Positions 9,451 through 18,222 of a DNA stretch of 64,000 bases are shown here, piece after piece; the stretch's first letter is position 1, and each line of letters opens with the position of its first letter. This stretch comes from Limnochordia bacterium (GTDB taxonomy: Bacteria > Bacillota > Limnochordia > DTU080): contig JBMNJG010000011.1 in the NCBI GenBank assembly GCA_050951545.1, positions 1-64,000 on the forward strand, in the 5' to 3' direction. The translations under genes and the position numbers were made by a program. A model generated the notes under the pieces. That model searched no databases and was not told the origin of the DNA. It saw nothing but the letters and a program-made list of their open reading frames with translations.

Positions 9451-10319
9451 CAGTGCGGCATTCGGTGCTCCAGTTGGTCGGCTTGAGCACCTCATATTTG
9501 ACTGATCGAGGAGTCGAGTCACCCCGGCTCGACGCTGAGGTGCTGCTGGCGTATGTCTTAGGGATGGATAGGCTAGGGATCTACGTCAACTTTGATAGGC
9601 CTTTGGAGCCTCAAGAGGTTGATCGCTACCGACAGGCCATTTGGCGGCGCGGGCGTCGGGAACCTGTGGCCTACATTGTGGGGGAGAAGGAGTTCATGGG
9701 CCAACCCTTCTCTGTTTCGCCCGCCGTGTTAATCCCCAGGCCAGAGACCGAGTTGCTCGTGGAGGCAGTGGTCGCCAGGTTACAGGAGCAGGCTGTCTCG
9801 CCGCCAATCTCTGTAGTCGATGTGGGCACAGGTAGCGGTGTGATCGCGGTCATGTTGGCGTTACTGCTCCCCCAGGCCGTCATTACCGCTTGTGATGTGT
9901 CTTCACAGGCTCTTGCCTTGGCTAGGCAAAACGCCGCTCGCCATGGTGTGACGAAGCGTGTCGATTTTGTGCACAGCGATATGCTGCGCACCTTGCCTGT
10001 TGATGCGCGCTACCATTGCATTGTCAGTAACCCGCCCTATATTGCCGAGGAGGAACTGGCCAGCCTGGCTCCCGAGGTGCAGTATGAGCCACGGGCAGCA
10101 TTGGCGGCAGGAGCCGATGGGCTTGCACTGATTAAGCGGCTGATGGCGGAGGCCCGGGATCGGCTGACTGATGGGGGCTTGCTAGCTATGGAGATAGGTG
10201 CTGTCCAGGCCGAAGCAGTACGTCTGCTAGCCAAAGAGCACTTTGGTACGCATGCTGAGGTAGTGAAAGACTACGCTGGCCGCGAACGCTTTGTTTTTGT
10301 GCGGAAGGTGGAGCCGTGA
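9447..10319 (+). CDS. prmC: Release factor glutamine N5-methyltransferase
   Basis: [16 protein letters not shown] and SNPPY motifs; overlaps the prfA stop. Confidence 0.96.
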   Translation: MTVRHSVLQLVGLSTSYLTDRGVESPRLDAEVLLAYVLGMDRLGIYVNFDRPLEPQEVDRYRQAIWRRGRREPVAYIVGEKEFMGQPFSVSPAVLIPRPETELLVEAVVARLQEQAVSPPISVVDVGTGSGVIAVMLALLLPQAVITACDVSSQALALARQNAARHGVTKRVDFVHSDMLRTLPVDARYHCIVSNPPYIAEEELASLAPEVQYEPRAALAAGADGLALIKRLMAEARDRLTDGGLLAMEIGAVQAEAVRLLAKEHFGTHAEVVKDYAGRERFVFVRKVEP

Positions 10320-11407
10320 AGACACGGGTTTTCAGGCTGGAGGCGAATGCCTCGTGGCATGAGGCGCTGCGCGTCGCCGCCACTGCCTTACGGAACGGCG
10401 AACTGGTTGCTTTTCCTACCGAAACTGTGTACGGTTTGGGCGGCCATGCGCTGGATGAACTGGCAGTTCGCAGGATCTTCGCGGCTAAGGGACGTCCAGC
10501 CGACAATCCACTGATTGTACATGTTCCCAGTGTGGAGGCTTTGCGTCCCCTGGTCGCGACAATTCCCCCTCAACTGCCTTTGCTGGCGCGCTGCTTCTGG
10601 CCGGGGCCTCTTACGCTAGTACTGCCGCGTTCTTCAATCGTACCCGACGTAACCACTGGTGGCTTGGACAGCGTGGCCATACGCCTGCCCAATCATCCGG
10701 TTGCCCTAGCACTTCTGCAGCGAGTTCGGGTGCCTTTGGCGGCACCTAGCGCTAATCGGTCTGGTCGCCCGAGTCCCACCCAAGCAAGTCATGTGCTTGA
10801 TGATCTGGCAGGGCACGTGGCGGTGGTGTTGGATGGAGGCTCAGCGCGAGTCGGAGTGGAGTCGACGGTTCTAGACCTCACTGGTGAGCTTCCCACCATC
10901 CTTCGGCCGGGAGGCATTACTCGCGAGCAACTGGCCGCGGTGTTGGGTGAGGTCGTGGTCGACAGCAGGGCGAGGGCTCTCCCGAATGGCGACATCGAGG
11001 CGAGTGAGCCCGTGCGGTCACCCGGGATGAAATACCAGCATTACGCGCCACAGGCTCCAGCTACCCTTGTGGAAGGCGAACCACCGGGTGTGTGGCAAGG
11101 GTTGTGCGACTTGCTTCAGATGCAGGGCGCCAAACGCTACGGTCTGTTGGTGAGCCGGGAAGGCGAGGAGTGGTTGCGGCAGTGTGAGCTGCCGCCTGGA
11201 GCGGTGATACTCTGCCTTGGGTCTCGAAACCACCCGGAGGAGTTCGCCCAGCACCTGTTTTCTGCTCTGCGCACCATGGATGAAAAGCAAGTTGAAGCCA
11301 TTTTTATAGAGGGGATCTCTGAGGAAGGCCTAGGTTTGGCTGTGATGAACCGTCTACGGCGCGCTGCTGGTGGACGCATTGTGGCAGCCGATAGGGTGGG
11401 ACGCTAG
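10316..11407 (+). CDS. sua5: Threonylcarbamoyl-AMP synthase (Sua5/TsaC2)
   Basis: PTETVYGLG, KGRPADNPLIVH, APSANRSG and SPGMKYQHYAP plus a SUA5 C-terminal domain. Confidence 0.95.
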   Translation: MKTRVFRLEANASWHEALRVAATALRNGELVAFPTETVYGLGGHALDELAVRRIFAAKGRPADNPLIVHVPSVEALRPLVATIPPQLPLLARCFWPGPLTLVLPRSSIVPDVTTGGLDSVAIRLPNHPVALALLQRVRVPLAAPSANRSGRPSPTQASHVLDDLAGHVAVVLDGGSARVGVESTVLDLTGELPTILRPGGITREQLAAVLGEVVVDSRARALPNGDIEASEPVRSPGMKYQHYAPQAPATLVEGEPPGVWQGLCDLLQMQGAKRYGLLVSREGEEWLRQCELPPGAVILCLGSRNHPEEFAQHLFSALRTMDEKQVEAIFIEGISEEGLGLAVMNRLRRAAGGRIVAADRVGR

Positions 11408-11564
11408 GCGATGAGCGTGGCCGCCGAGTCAAGGTCATCTTCCTTGGCTACTCGGATAGGGCCTGCAGGTCATGTGGAAAGAGACGTGGTATGCGGAGCC
11501 GCGTTGGTCGAAGGCTCAGCGAGTGGCCCCCGGTGTAGGTCTCATGTCGGACCCTGTGCGCCTC

Positions 11565-11861
11565 TTAGCTGCGTTCAGCCTGCCGGATGAATACTGCCTC
11601 TTGCCCGACGTAGCCGCACTGTTGACAGCGGACCTCTAGATCGGGCTGTCCGTCGCTTTTGGTCAGAGTCTCCAGATCGTCCGAACGGTAGACGATCTGG
11701 CCATTGTCGGGATCCTGATGGATCTCCTGAGCGATTTTGTAGACGATACAAAAGCGACTGGCATTCGTCTTACAGACTGGGCAGGTGTAGGCTCGGTTGG
11801 CACGCTTCTTGCTTAATCGATTCTGGCGCAATCTACCAGCCCCTTCGAAGTTGTCGCGCAT
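11565..11861 (-). CDS. Small CxxC...CxxC zinc-ribbon protein (start uncertain)
   Basis: YTCPVCKTN...RCQQCG; fills an intergenic gap on the opposite strand. Confidence 0.6.
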   Translation of the reverse strand: MRDNFEGAGRLRQNRLSKKRANRAYTCPVCKTNASRFCIVYKIAQEIHQDPDNGQIVYRSDDLETLTKSDGQPDLEVRCQQCGYVGQEAVFIRQAERS

Positions 11862-11886
11862 GGCTTCTGGTCGGCCTCCATAGGAT
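11858..11886 (+). promoter_or_regulatory. Possible sigma-E (mother-cell) promoter
   Basis: GCATGGC-14 nt-CATAGGAT upstream of the MntP/YtaF-family gene. Confidence 0.35.
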
Positions 11887-11914
11887 GAGGTAGATGAGCG
11901 CGGGGGGTGGGCCA

Positions 11915-12526
11915 GTGAGTCTAGCAGAGACTATCGCCTTGGGGCTGGCCTTGGGGGCTGACTCGCTGTCTGTCTCTATCGGTATCGGAATGGTTAGCAT
12001 ACGGTTGTATCGTGTGTTGAAACTGGCCATGCTATTCAGCGTTACGCAAGGGGTGCTACTGGTCGGGGGCGCTAGGCTAGCCATGGCCTTTCACCTGCTG
12101 CTAGAGAGCATATTCGTGAGTCATTGCGCTTTTGCCCACACAGATCCCCTGGAAGCCCTGCATGTCGTGTTTTCGCTAGTCGGGGCGACCATCCTGTGCG
12201 TAGTAGGTGTCAATCTCATCCGCAACTACATCATGTACAGAGGCGATAGGAGGCCGGTCTTCTACAAGGGACGGGCAGCGCTGATGCTCCTCACGTTAAG
12301 CGTCAGTATGGACGCCTTCTCGAGCGGTGTGGGGCTGGGGATATCGGAGGGGGAGGGTTTGGTCAGAGTCGGAGCGATCGTGACCGTAGTGATCTTTGTC
12401 ATGGCGTTCGCCGGTTTGCGGGCGGGGCATCGCATCGGACGGGTTATTGGGCGTGCTGCCGAGCCCGTCGGAGGCGTCGCGCTTATCTTGCTAGCTATGC
12501 GCTTTGTCTTGGGGACACTGCATTAA
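11915..12526 (+). CDS. MntP/YtaF-family membrane protein (putative manganese efflux pump)
   Basis: Two repeats, ALGADSLSVSIGIG and SVSMDAFSSGVGLG; AEPVGGVALI; occupies the ywlD position after sua5. Confidence 0.85.
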   Translation: MSLAETIALGLALGADSLSVSIGIGMVSIRLYRVLKLAMLFSVTQGVLLVGGARLAMAFHLLLESIFVSHCAFAHTDPLEALHVVFSLVGATILCVVGVNLIRNYIMYRGDRRPVFYKGRAALMLLTLSVSMDAFSSGVGLGISEGEGLVRVGAIVTVVIFVMAFAGLRAGHRIGRVIGRAAEPVGGVALILLAMRFVLGTLH

Positions 12527-12617
12527 TGATGGCAGGAAAGGCGGTCGCTGGCGTGGAAACGAATAGCGAACGAACAGTGACGACGTCTGTACATGTCGTC
12601 AACGTGGGTGGGAAGTC

Positions 12618-13559
12618 TTGCGCAGGGAGATAGCACGCATAAAGCGTATCGTATTCGTGTGCACGGGAAACACCTGTCGCAGTCCTATGGCAGAGGCTCT
12701 CTTCAGGAAGCTCACTCAAGAGGCTGGCTTGAGCATCGAGATTGCGTCCGCGGGCGTATATGTCTCGCCGGAAGTTCCGGCCTCACGAGGGGCTGAACGT
12801 GCCATGCAGGCGTGGGGGCTCAGCCTGCGAGAACATAGGGCGCGTAGTACAGATGACCAGTATTTCGGGCCGGGTGATCTGGTGCTGACGATGACGCGGC
12901 GTCACCGTGAGCTGTTGCTGGCCAAACATCCGTATCTTGAGGGCCGCGTGCATGTCCTCGGGCAGTTTGTGGGCCTGCCTGGTGATACGGATGTAGTGGA
13001 TCCGTTCGGTGGCAGTGATAGCGAGTACGAGGCTAGTGCCCGGGAACTTGATGAGCTCCTGCGGCTGCTCTTGCACAAGCTTCAGAATGACAACAGGTCG
13101 GAGATGATCATAGTGCGAGTGGCGGTTGGATGTGATCACGCAGGATATGCTCTGAAGACGGCAGCGCTCGAAGCTCTAGAACAGGAACAGTGCGAGGTTG
13201 TGGATTGCGGTACCTTCTCTGACGAGTCGGTCGACTATCCTGATTTCGGGGCGGCAGTAGCCGAGAAGGTCGTCGGGGGCGAAGCCGATTTTGGCGTAGT
13301 GATATGTGGTACAGGCATTGGTATTTCCATAGCGGCAAATAAAGTGCACGGAGCACGTGCCGCCTTGTGTCATGATACTTACTCGGCTCGCATGAGTCGC
13401 GCTCACAATGATGCCAACATCCTGGCCTTGGGGGCGAGAGTGGTGGGGCCTGGCCTGGCTCAGGAGATTATCAGGGCCTTTGTGACAGAGCAGTTCGAAG
13501 GCGGCAGGCACCTTGCACGCCTACAGAAGATAGCGGCTCTGGAAGGCGTCGGAAATTGA
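12618..13559 (+). CDS. rpiB: Fused low-molecular-weight protein (arginine/tyrosine) phosphatase and ribose-5-phosphate isomerase B
   Basis: N-terminal FVCTGNTCRSPMAE and DPFGG; C-terminal GCDHAG, VDYPD, CGTGIGISIAANKV, HNDAN and FEGGRH; no stop between them. Confidence 0.92.
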   Translation: MRREIARIKRIVFVCTGNTCRSPMAEALFRKLTQEAGLSIEIASAGVYVSPEVPASRGAERAMQAWGLSLREHRARSTDDQYFGPGDLVLTMTRRHRELLLAKHPYLEGRVHVLGQFVGLPGDTDVVDPFGGSDSEYEASARELDELLRLLLHKLQNDNRSEMIIVRVAVGCDHAGYALKTAALEALEQEQCEVVDCGTFSDESVDYPDFGAAVAEKVVGGEADFGVVICGTGIGISIAANKVHGARAALCHDTYSARMSRAHNDANILALGARVVGPGLAQEIIRAFVTEQFEGGRHLARLQKIAALEGVGN

Positions 13560-13630
13560 CCTAAACGGTTGGTTGGTTTACAATGCGAGGGTCTGACGTG
13601 GCAGTCCAGGGCGATAGAGGGGTGATACTA

Positions 13631-14725
13631 GTGTCATCATTCATGGTGGCCGCTGGGGTAGCAGCCGTCTTAGCCTACGGTTTCACCATTCCGGTACGGC
13701 ATCTTGCCCTAAGAACGGGGCTTGTCGATCGGCCCGGTGAGCGGCGTGTTCACCTCAAGCCCATACCTAGTGGGGGTGGAGTGGCGATTCATGCGGCTTT
13801 CTGGCTGACTGTGCTTTTTAGCCAGGGCCTTTTCGCGCCGCGAGTACCTGCGGGTATGGTCTCCCTGTTCTGGGGGTCTACGGCTATCGTGCTGATTGGC
13901 CTGTTGGATGATCGCTTTGAGCTTCGCCCTTTGCTCAAGTTTGCGGGTCAGTTAGCTGTGGCTGTTCTTGTCGTACGGCACGGACATCGCATTGAGTTCG
14001 TTACCAACCCCTTTGGCGGTGGCATGCTTTACCTAGGCTTGTGGGGATACCCCCTGACGGTTTTCTGGATCGTGGCTATCACGAATATGGTGAATTTCAT
14101 CGATGGCCTTGATGGCTTGGCTGCAGGTGTCTCAGCCATTGCTTGCGTGCCGCTGGCGGTCGTAGCCTTGCAGATGAACCGTCCGAGCATCGCCTTACTC
14201 ACCTTTATTTTGTTAGGCAGTATATCCGGGTTCTTGCCGCACAACTTCAACCCAGCTCGTATCTTCATGGGCGATACTGGGGCGATGTTTCTTGGTTTCA
14301 TGCTCGGCGTGATCGCTGTCGACGGGGCCCTAAAAGGTGCGGCGACAATCGCCCTAACCATTCCGATTCTGGCCTTGGGTGTGCCAGCCTTTGATGTCCT
14401 TTTTGCAGTGATCCGCAGGGTTGCGGCAGGTCGGCCTTTCTATGAGGCAGATCAGGGGCATCTGCACCATCGGCTACTGGCCCTGGGGTTGACACAGAGG
14501 CAGGCTGTGCTGACGCTGTATGTGATCAGTGGTCTGCTGGGCCTGGGGGCTGTCTGGTCTTTGGGTCTGAAGGAGTGGCAGGGCATTGTGGTCTTCGCAC
14601 TGATCCTCCTATGTGCGATCGTTTTGGGTCAGCGGGTAGGCGTGCTGCCATCGGTCTACCATCAGGGGGCATGGGCAGATAGCGAATACGGACAGGGGAC
14701 TTCTGGCGATGACAGACATAGCTAA
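13631..14725 (+). CDS. Undecaprenyl-phosphate GlcNAc-1-phosphate transferase (TagO/WecA, MraY-like)
   Basis: GLLDD, NFIDGLDGLAAG, IFMGDTGA and HLHHRLL motifs. Confidence 0.93.
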   Translation: MSSFMVAAGVAAVLAYGFTIPVRHLALRTGLVDRPGERRVHLKPIPSGGGVAIHAAFWLTVLFSQGLFAPRVPAGMVSLFWGSTAIVLIGLLDDRFELRPLLKFAGQLAVAVLVVRHGHRIEFVTNPFGGGMLYLGLWGYPLTVFWIVAITNMVNFIDGLDGLAAGVSAIACVPLAVVALQMNRPSIALLTFILLGSISGFLPHNFNPARIFMGDTGAMFLGFMLGVIAVDGALKGAATIALTIPILALGVPAFDVLFAVIRRVAAGRPFYEADQGHLHHRLLALGLTQRQAVLTLYVISGLLGLGAVWSLGLKEWQGIVVFALILLCAIVLGQRVGVLPSVYHQGAWADSEYGQGTSGDDRHS

Positions 14726-15863
14726 GGTGCCTACAGTGATGGTGGTCTTTGGCACGCGGCCGGAGGCCATCAAAATGGCTCCAGTCGTCCGAGCGCTTCA
14801 TGATGCGCCTCTTCGTTCTAGCGTAGTCGTGACGGGGCAGCACAGGGACATGCTTGACCAAGTGCTGCAGCTGTTTGCCATCACACCCGATCACGATTTG
14901 GACATTATGCGCCATGGCCAGACTCTGACGGATATCACTGTGCGTGTGATAAGCGGTCTCGAGAAGGTGTTGCAGCAGGAGAGACCGGATGTTGTGCTGG
15001 TGCATGGCGACACGACCACTGCATTGGCGGGTGCGCTGGCTGCGTTCTATCAGCGGATCCCAGTGGGACACGTAGAGGCAGGTTTGCGCACGGAGAATGT
15101 CTATGATCCTTTTCCCGAGGAAATGAACAGGCGGCTCATAGACCGGGTCGCCGAGATGCATTTCGCGCCCACACAGACCGCGAAGCAGAATCTGTTGCGC
15201 GAGAACGTCCCATGCTCCTCGGTTTTCGTTACAGGTAACACGGTCATCGACGCTCTTTTGTCAGTGGTGCGGCCCGACTATCGTTTCCGAGATGCTCACT
15301 TGGCAAAGATCGCTGCCTTGCCCGAGCGGGTGCTTCTGGTTACCACTCATAGGCGGGAGAATGTAGGGGAGCGCATGGTCAGCGTATTTCGGGCGTTGCG
15401 TGAGATTCTCAGTCGTTTCCCAGACACACGAGTTGTCTTTCCTGTACACAAAAACCCGGCAGTCCGGACGTTGGTCAGGCAAGAGCTGGGGGAGCTCGAA
15501 CGCGTGCACTTGATTGAGCCTCCCGAATACGAGGAGTTCGCACACTTGATGAGCCGTGCGTTCCTGGTACTCACAGACTCCGGAGGTATTCAGGAAGAGG
15601 CGCCTGCGTTGGGCAAACCCGTCTTGGTACTGCGGGAGACCACGGAGCGTCCTGAAGGGATAGCGGCTGGCACCTTGCGCAAGGTGGGTACCGCTACCGC
15701 TACCATTGTGGCAGCGGCTAGTGAGCTGCTGAGCGATAGCCGCGCCTATGCGTGTATGGCACAGACAGCCAATCCATACGGTGATGGGCGGGCAGCACAG
15801 CGCATTGTTGAGGTTTTGCAGGCTCGTCTACTCTGTTGGCAGAAGGAGGCTGCGCCTTCTTGA
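14709..15863 (+). CDS. wecB: UDP-N-acetylglucosamine 2-epimerase (non-hydrolysing)
   Basis: FGTRPEAIKMAP, VHGDTTT, GHVEAGLR, TDSGGIQEEAP and NPYGDG motifs. Confidence 0.96.
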   Translation: MTDIAKVPTVMVVFGTRPEAIKMAPVVRALHDAPLRSSVVVTGQHRDMLDQVLQLFAITPDHDLDIMRHGQTLTDITVRVISGLEKVLQQERPDVVLVHGDTTTALAGALAAFYQRIPVGHVEAGLRTENVYDPFPEEMNRRLIDRVAEMHFAPTQTAKQNLLRENVPCSSVFVTGNTVIDALLSVVRPDYRFRDAHLAKIAALPERVLLVTTHRRENVGERMVSVFRALREILSRFPDTRVVFPVHKNPAVRTLVRQELGELERVHLIEPPEYEEFAHLMSRAFLVLTDSGGIQEEAPALGKPVLVLRETTERPEGIAAGTLRKVGTATATIVAAASELLSDSRAYACMAQTANPYGDGRAAQRIVEVLQARLLCWQKEAAPS

Positions 15864-15940
15864 GGTACAGTTAGGTCTTGGCGGATTTCCCTTTACGTGT
15901 GCCCTGTGGTACACTCATGAATGACAATAAGGATTGCTGT

Positions 15941-16056
15941 CTCCGAAACCTTTTCTTGCAAAGGTACGGGGGACCCACTCTTTGGGGGTGAGTCCTGGAG
16001 GCTGCTCCAGGTAGGGCAACTTGGGTGCCCAAACCCGTCAGCTAACCTCGTAGGAG
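15941..16056 (+). ncRNA. c-di-AMP riboswitch (ydaO/yuaA class)
   Basis: CTCC/GGAG P1 enclosing CCGAAACC..AGGTACGGGGGACCCA..TGGGGGTGAGTC..GTAGGG..CCCAAACCCGTCAGCTAACCTCGTAGG, matching the ydaO consensus blocks. An extended -10 (TGgTACACT) lies at 15907-15915. Confidence 0.88.
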
Positions 16057-16062
16057 TACTCC

Positions 16063-16109
16063 AAGCGGATGGATCAGCCCGTTTCGGGCTGGATGCATGC
16101 GCTTTTTTT
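16063..16109 (+). terminator. Intrinsic terminator, the riboswitch expression platform
   Basis: TCAGCCC-GTTTC-GGGCTGG core with AAGCG/CGCTT outer pairs, then T7. Confidence 0.8.
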
Positions 16110-16133
16110 GCGTCTCAAAGGAGGCTTCGGCGC

Positions 16134-16370
16134 TTGAACAAGGGGCTGTACCAGTTCGCTAAATACAGCGGCATCGGGCTCTCTTGGGTGTTGACAACGG
16201 CTGCCTACCTCTACTTGGGTTATACTGCGGGTAACTGGGTCGATGTCAGACTGCGAACGACGCCCGCTTTTTTATTGGTGGGAACCATATTGGCTATGCT
16301 ACTGAGCCTGTGGACACTGGTAGCCGAGGTTCGGGCGCTCACGTCTGACGACACAACCTCGGAAAATTGA
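16134..16370 (+). CDS. AtpZ/AtpI-family (ATPase gene 1) membrane protein
   Basis: TTG start after AAGGAGG; LGYTAGNWVD..TTPAFLLVG motif with two TM helices; first gene of the atp operon. Confidence 0.8.
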   Translation: MNKGLYQFAKYSGIGLSWVLTTAAYLYLGYTAGNWVDVRLRTTPAFLLVGTILAMLLSLWTLVAEVRALTSDDTTSEN

Positions 16371-16390
16371 TGGAGGAGGGATGATGACGC

Positions 16391-17074
16391 TTGCAGGACA
16401 AAACACAGGCACTCGCTCATGTGATGGACCATATTGTCCGGCGCGTGGTGTTTCGCATCGGACCTGTCGAGATCACCTCGACCGTTGTAAACACCTGGAT
16501 CGTGATGGCAGTGTTGTTTGCGGCTGTATTCGTCTTGACGCGCCGCCTCGAGGAGAAACCACGGGGAGTTCAAGCGCTGTTGGAGATCATCATTGAGTTT
16601 TTCTACTCCATGATCGATGGTGTCATGGGCAGGGAGGGTCGCAAGCATCTTCCCATCGTCGGGTCGTTGTTTATCTTCATCCTCACGCTGAATTTCGGCT
16701 GGGTGATTCCGGGCTTGATGCCGCCAACTACCGACTTGATGACCACCGCTGCATTGGGCGTGACGGCTGTAGTGTTGGTTCAGGTAACCCTCCTGCGGGC
16801 CAAGGGAGCGAAAGGGTATCTCCGACACATGGCGCAGCCCACTGTCGTCATGATTCCGATGAACATCATTGAGGAGTTGGTGAAGCCATTTTCGTTGGCT
16901 GTGCGTCTGTTTGGCAACATGTTTGGTGAAGAGATGGTGGTTACCATCCTCTTTCTGCTGGTTCCCGTTCTGGCGCCTACGCCAGTAATGGCTCTTGGTC
17001 TGCTTATGGGGACTATTCAGGCCTACATTTTCAGTCTGCTGATCGTGACCTATCTGGCAGCAGGAGACGAATAG
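16391..17074 (+). CDS. atpB: ATP synthase Fo subunit a
   Basis: PPTTD, PFSLAVRLFGNM (essential Arg) and IQAYIFSLL motifs. Confidence 0.96.
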   Translation: MQDKTQALAHVMDHIVRRVVFRIGPVEITSTVVNTWIVMAVLFAAVFVLTRRLEEKPRGVQALLEIIIEFFYSMIDGVMGREGRKHLPIVGSLFIFILTLNFGWVIPGLMPPTTDLMTTAALGVTAVVLVQVTLLRAKGAKGYLRHMAQPTVVMIPMNIIEELVKPFSLAVRLFGNMFGEEMVVTILFLLVPVLAPTPVMALGLLMGTIQAYIFSLLIVTYLAAGDE

Positions 17075-17120
17075 ATAGGATCGGTTAGGCAAGAAGCGCA
17101 TTGAAGGGGGAAGTATCAGG

Positions 17121-17342
17121 ATGTCGAGTGGGTTCTTAGCAGTCTCTTTAACGGTAATGGTTCCGGCACTGGTCTCTGCTTTTTGTCAGGGATGGGCGAC
17201 TACTTCTGCAGTCAATGGGATGTCGCGTCAGCCAGAGGCAGCAAATGAGATCCGCACCACGCTACTGGTGGCACTGGCTTTTATGGAGGCCCTGACGCTG
17301 TTTTGTTTTGTTGTGGCCATCCTTATTTGGGTTAAGTTGTAG
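17121..17342 (+). CDS. atpE: ATP synthase Fo subunit c
   Basis: RQPE loop and the conserved Glu in AFMEAL. Confidence 0.95.
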   Translation: MSSGFLAVSLTVMVPALVSAFCQGWATTSAVNGMSRQPEAANEIRTTLLVALAFMEALTLFCFVVAILIWVKL

Positions 17343-17386
17343 ACGCAAGAGGACCAGCGCAGGAGAAGACTAGGAGGATTCCAACA

Positions 17387-18214
17387 GTGTCGCTCCCCTT
17401 ATGTTTCTTGACTGCGGTTGCTGAGGCGGCTCCCGCCAATCCGGTGTCGTTGCATCCGTGGACGTTTGTCTTCCAGGTCCTTAATGTGCTTGTGGTCATC
17501 GGGGGTCTCACTTTTTTGTTGTTCCGACCCTTGGGGGCGCTAATGAAGAAGCGGGAGGACCACATTGAGGAGTCTCTCGCTCAGGCTGGGCAGGCTCGGC
17601 AGGAGGCAGGGGCGCTCCGCGCAGAGTACCAACAGAAGATTCGTTCAGTACGCGAAGAAGCCCAGGGGATTCTTGATCAGGCTGCCAAAGATGCGCAAGA
17701 GTATGAGCGCGTCCGGAAAGAAGAAACCGATGCAGTGTACGCCCAAATGCTTGCAGAGGCCAGGATGGAAATAGAAGACTCCAGGCAGGCAGTCCTGGCT
17801 TCTATGCATGAGGAAGTGGCCACTATGGCAGTCATGGCTGCAAGCCAGGTGCTTGGGCGGGCCATAAGTGATGAAGAGCATCGGGAGATCCTGCGGGATT
17901 TCATTGAGAAGGTCATGGAGCTTCCGCAGGTCGTCAAGGAACTGGCTCATGCCGCAGAAGATGGTCGTGACATCTTGCGAGTAGAGCTGATCACAGCGGT
18001 GCCCTTGCCCGATGATCTTTGCCAGTCGCTACGGCAGCGGCTCTCACAGGTGGGAAAAAAGAAGGAGGTCCGCCTTGTACTGCGGCAGGATCCAGACCTT
18101 GTAGGCGGGGCCAGACTGCGAATTGATGGTGTACTCGTTGACGACAGTATCGGCGGCCGTCTCCGCCGCCTTGAGAGGTTTGTGATGGAGGATGGGTCTC
18201 AGACAGAACACTAG
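17387..18214 (+). CDS. atpF: ATP synthase subunit b fused to the C-terminal domain of delta
   Basis: [19 protein letters not shown] coiled-coil (b), then [31 protein letters not shown] (delta/OSCP C-terminus). Confidence 0.9.
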   Translation: MSLPLCFLTAVAEAAPANPVSLHPWTFVFQVLNVLVVIGGLTFLLFRPLGALMKKREDHIEESLAQAGQARQEAGALRAEYQQKIRSVREEAQGILDQAAKDAQEYERVRKEETDAVYAQMLAEARMEIEDSRQAVLASMHEEVATMAVMAASQVLGRAISDEEHREILRDFIEKVMELPQVVKELAHAAEDGRDILRVELITAVPLPDDLCQSLRQRLSQVGKKKEVRLVLRQDPDLVGGARLRIDGVLVDDSIGGRLRRLERFVMEDGSQTEH

Positions 18215-18222
18215 CCACAGAG

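Noticed and set aside
15921-16133. N-terminal 71 codons of the 149-aa ORF
   Set aside because: They run through the riboswitch and terminator; the real start is TTG 16134 after AAGGAGG.
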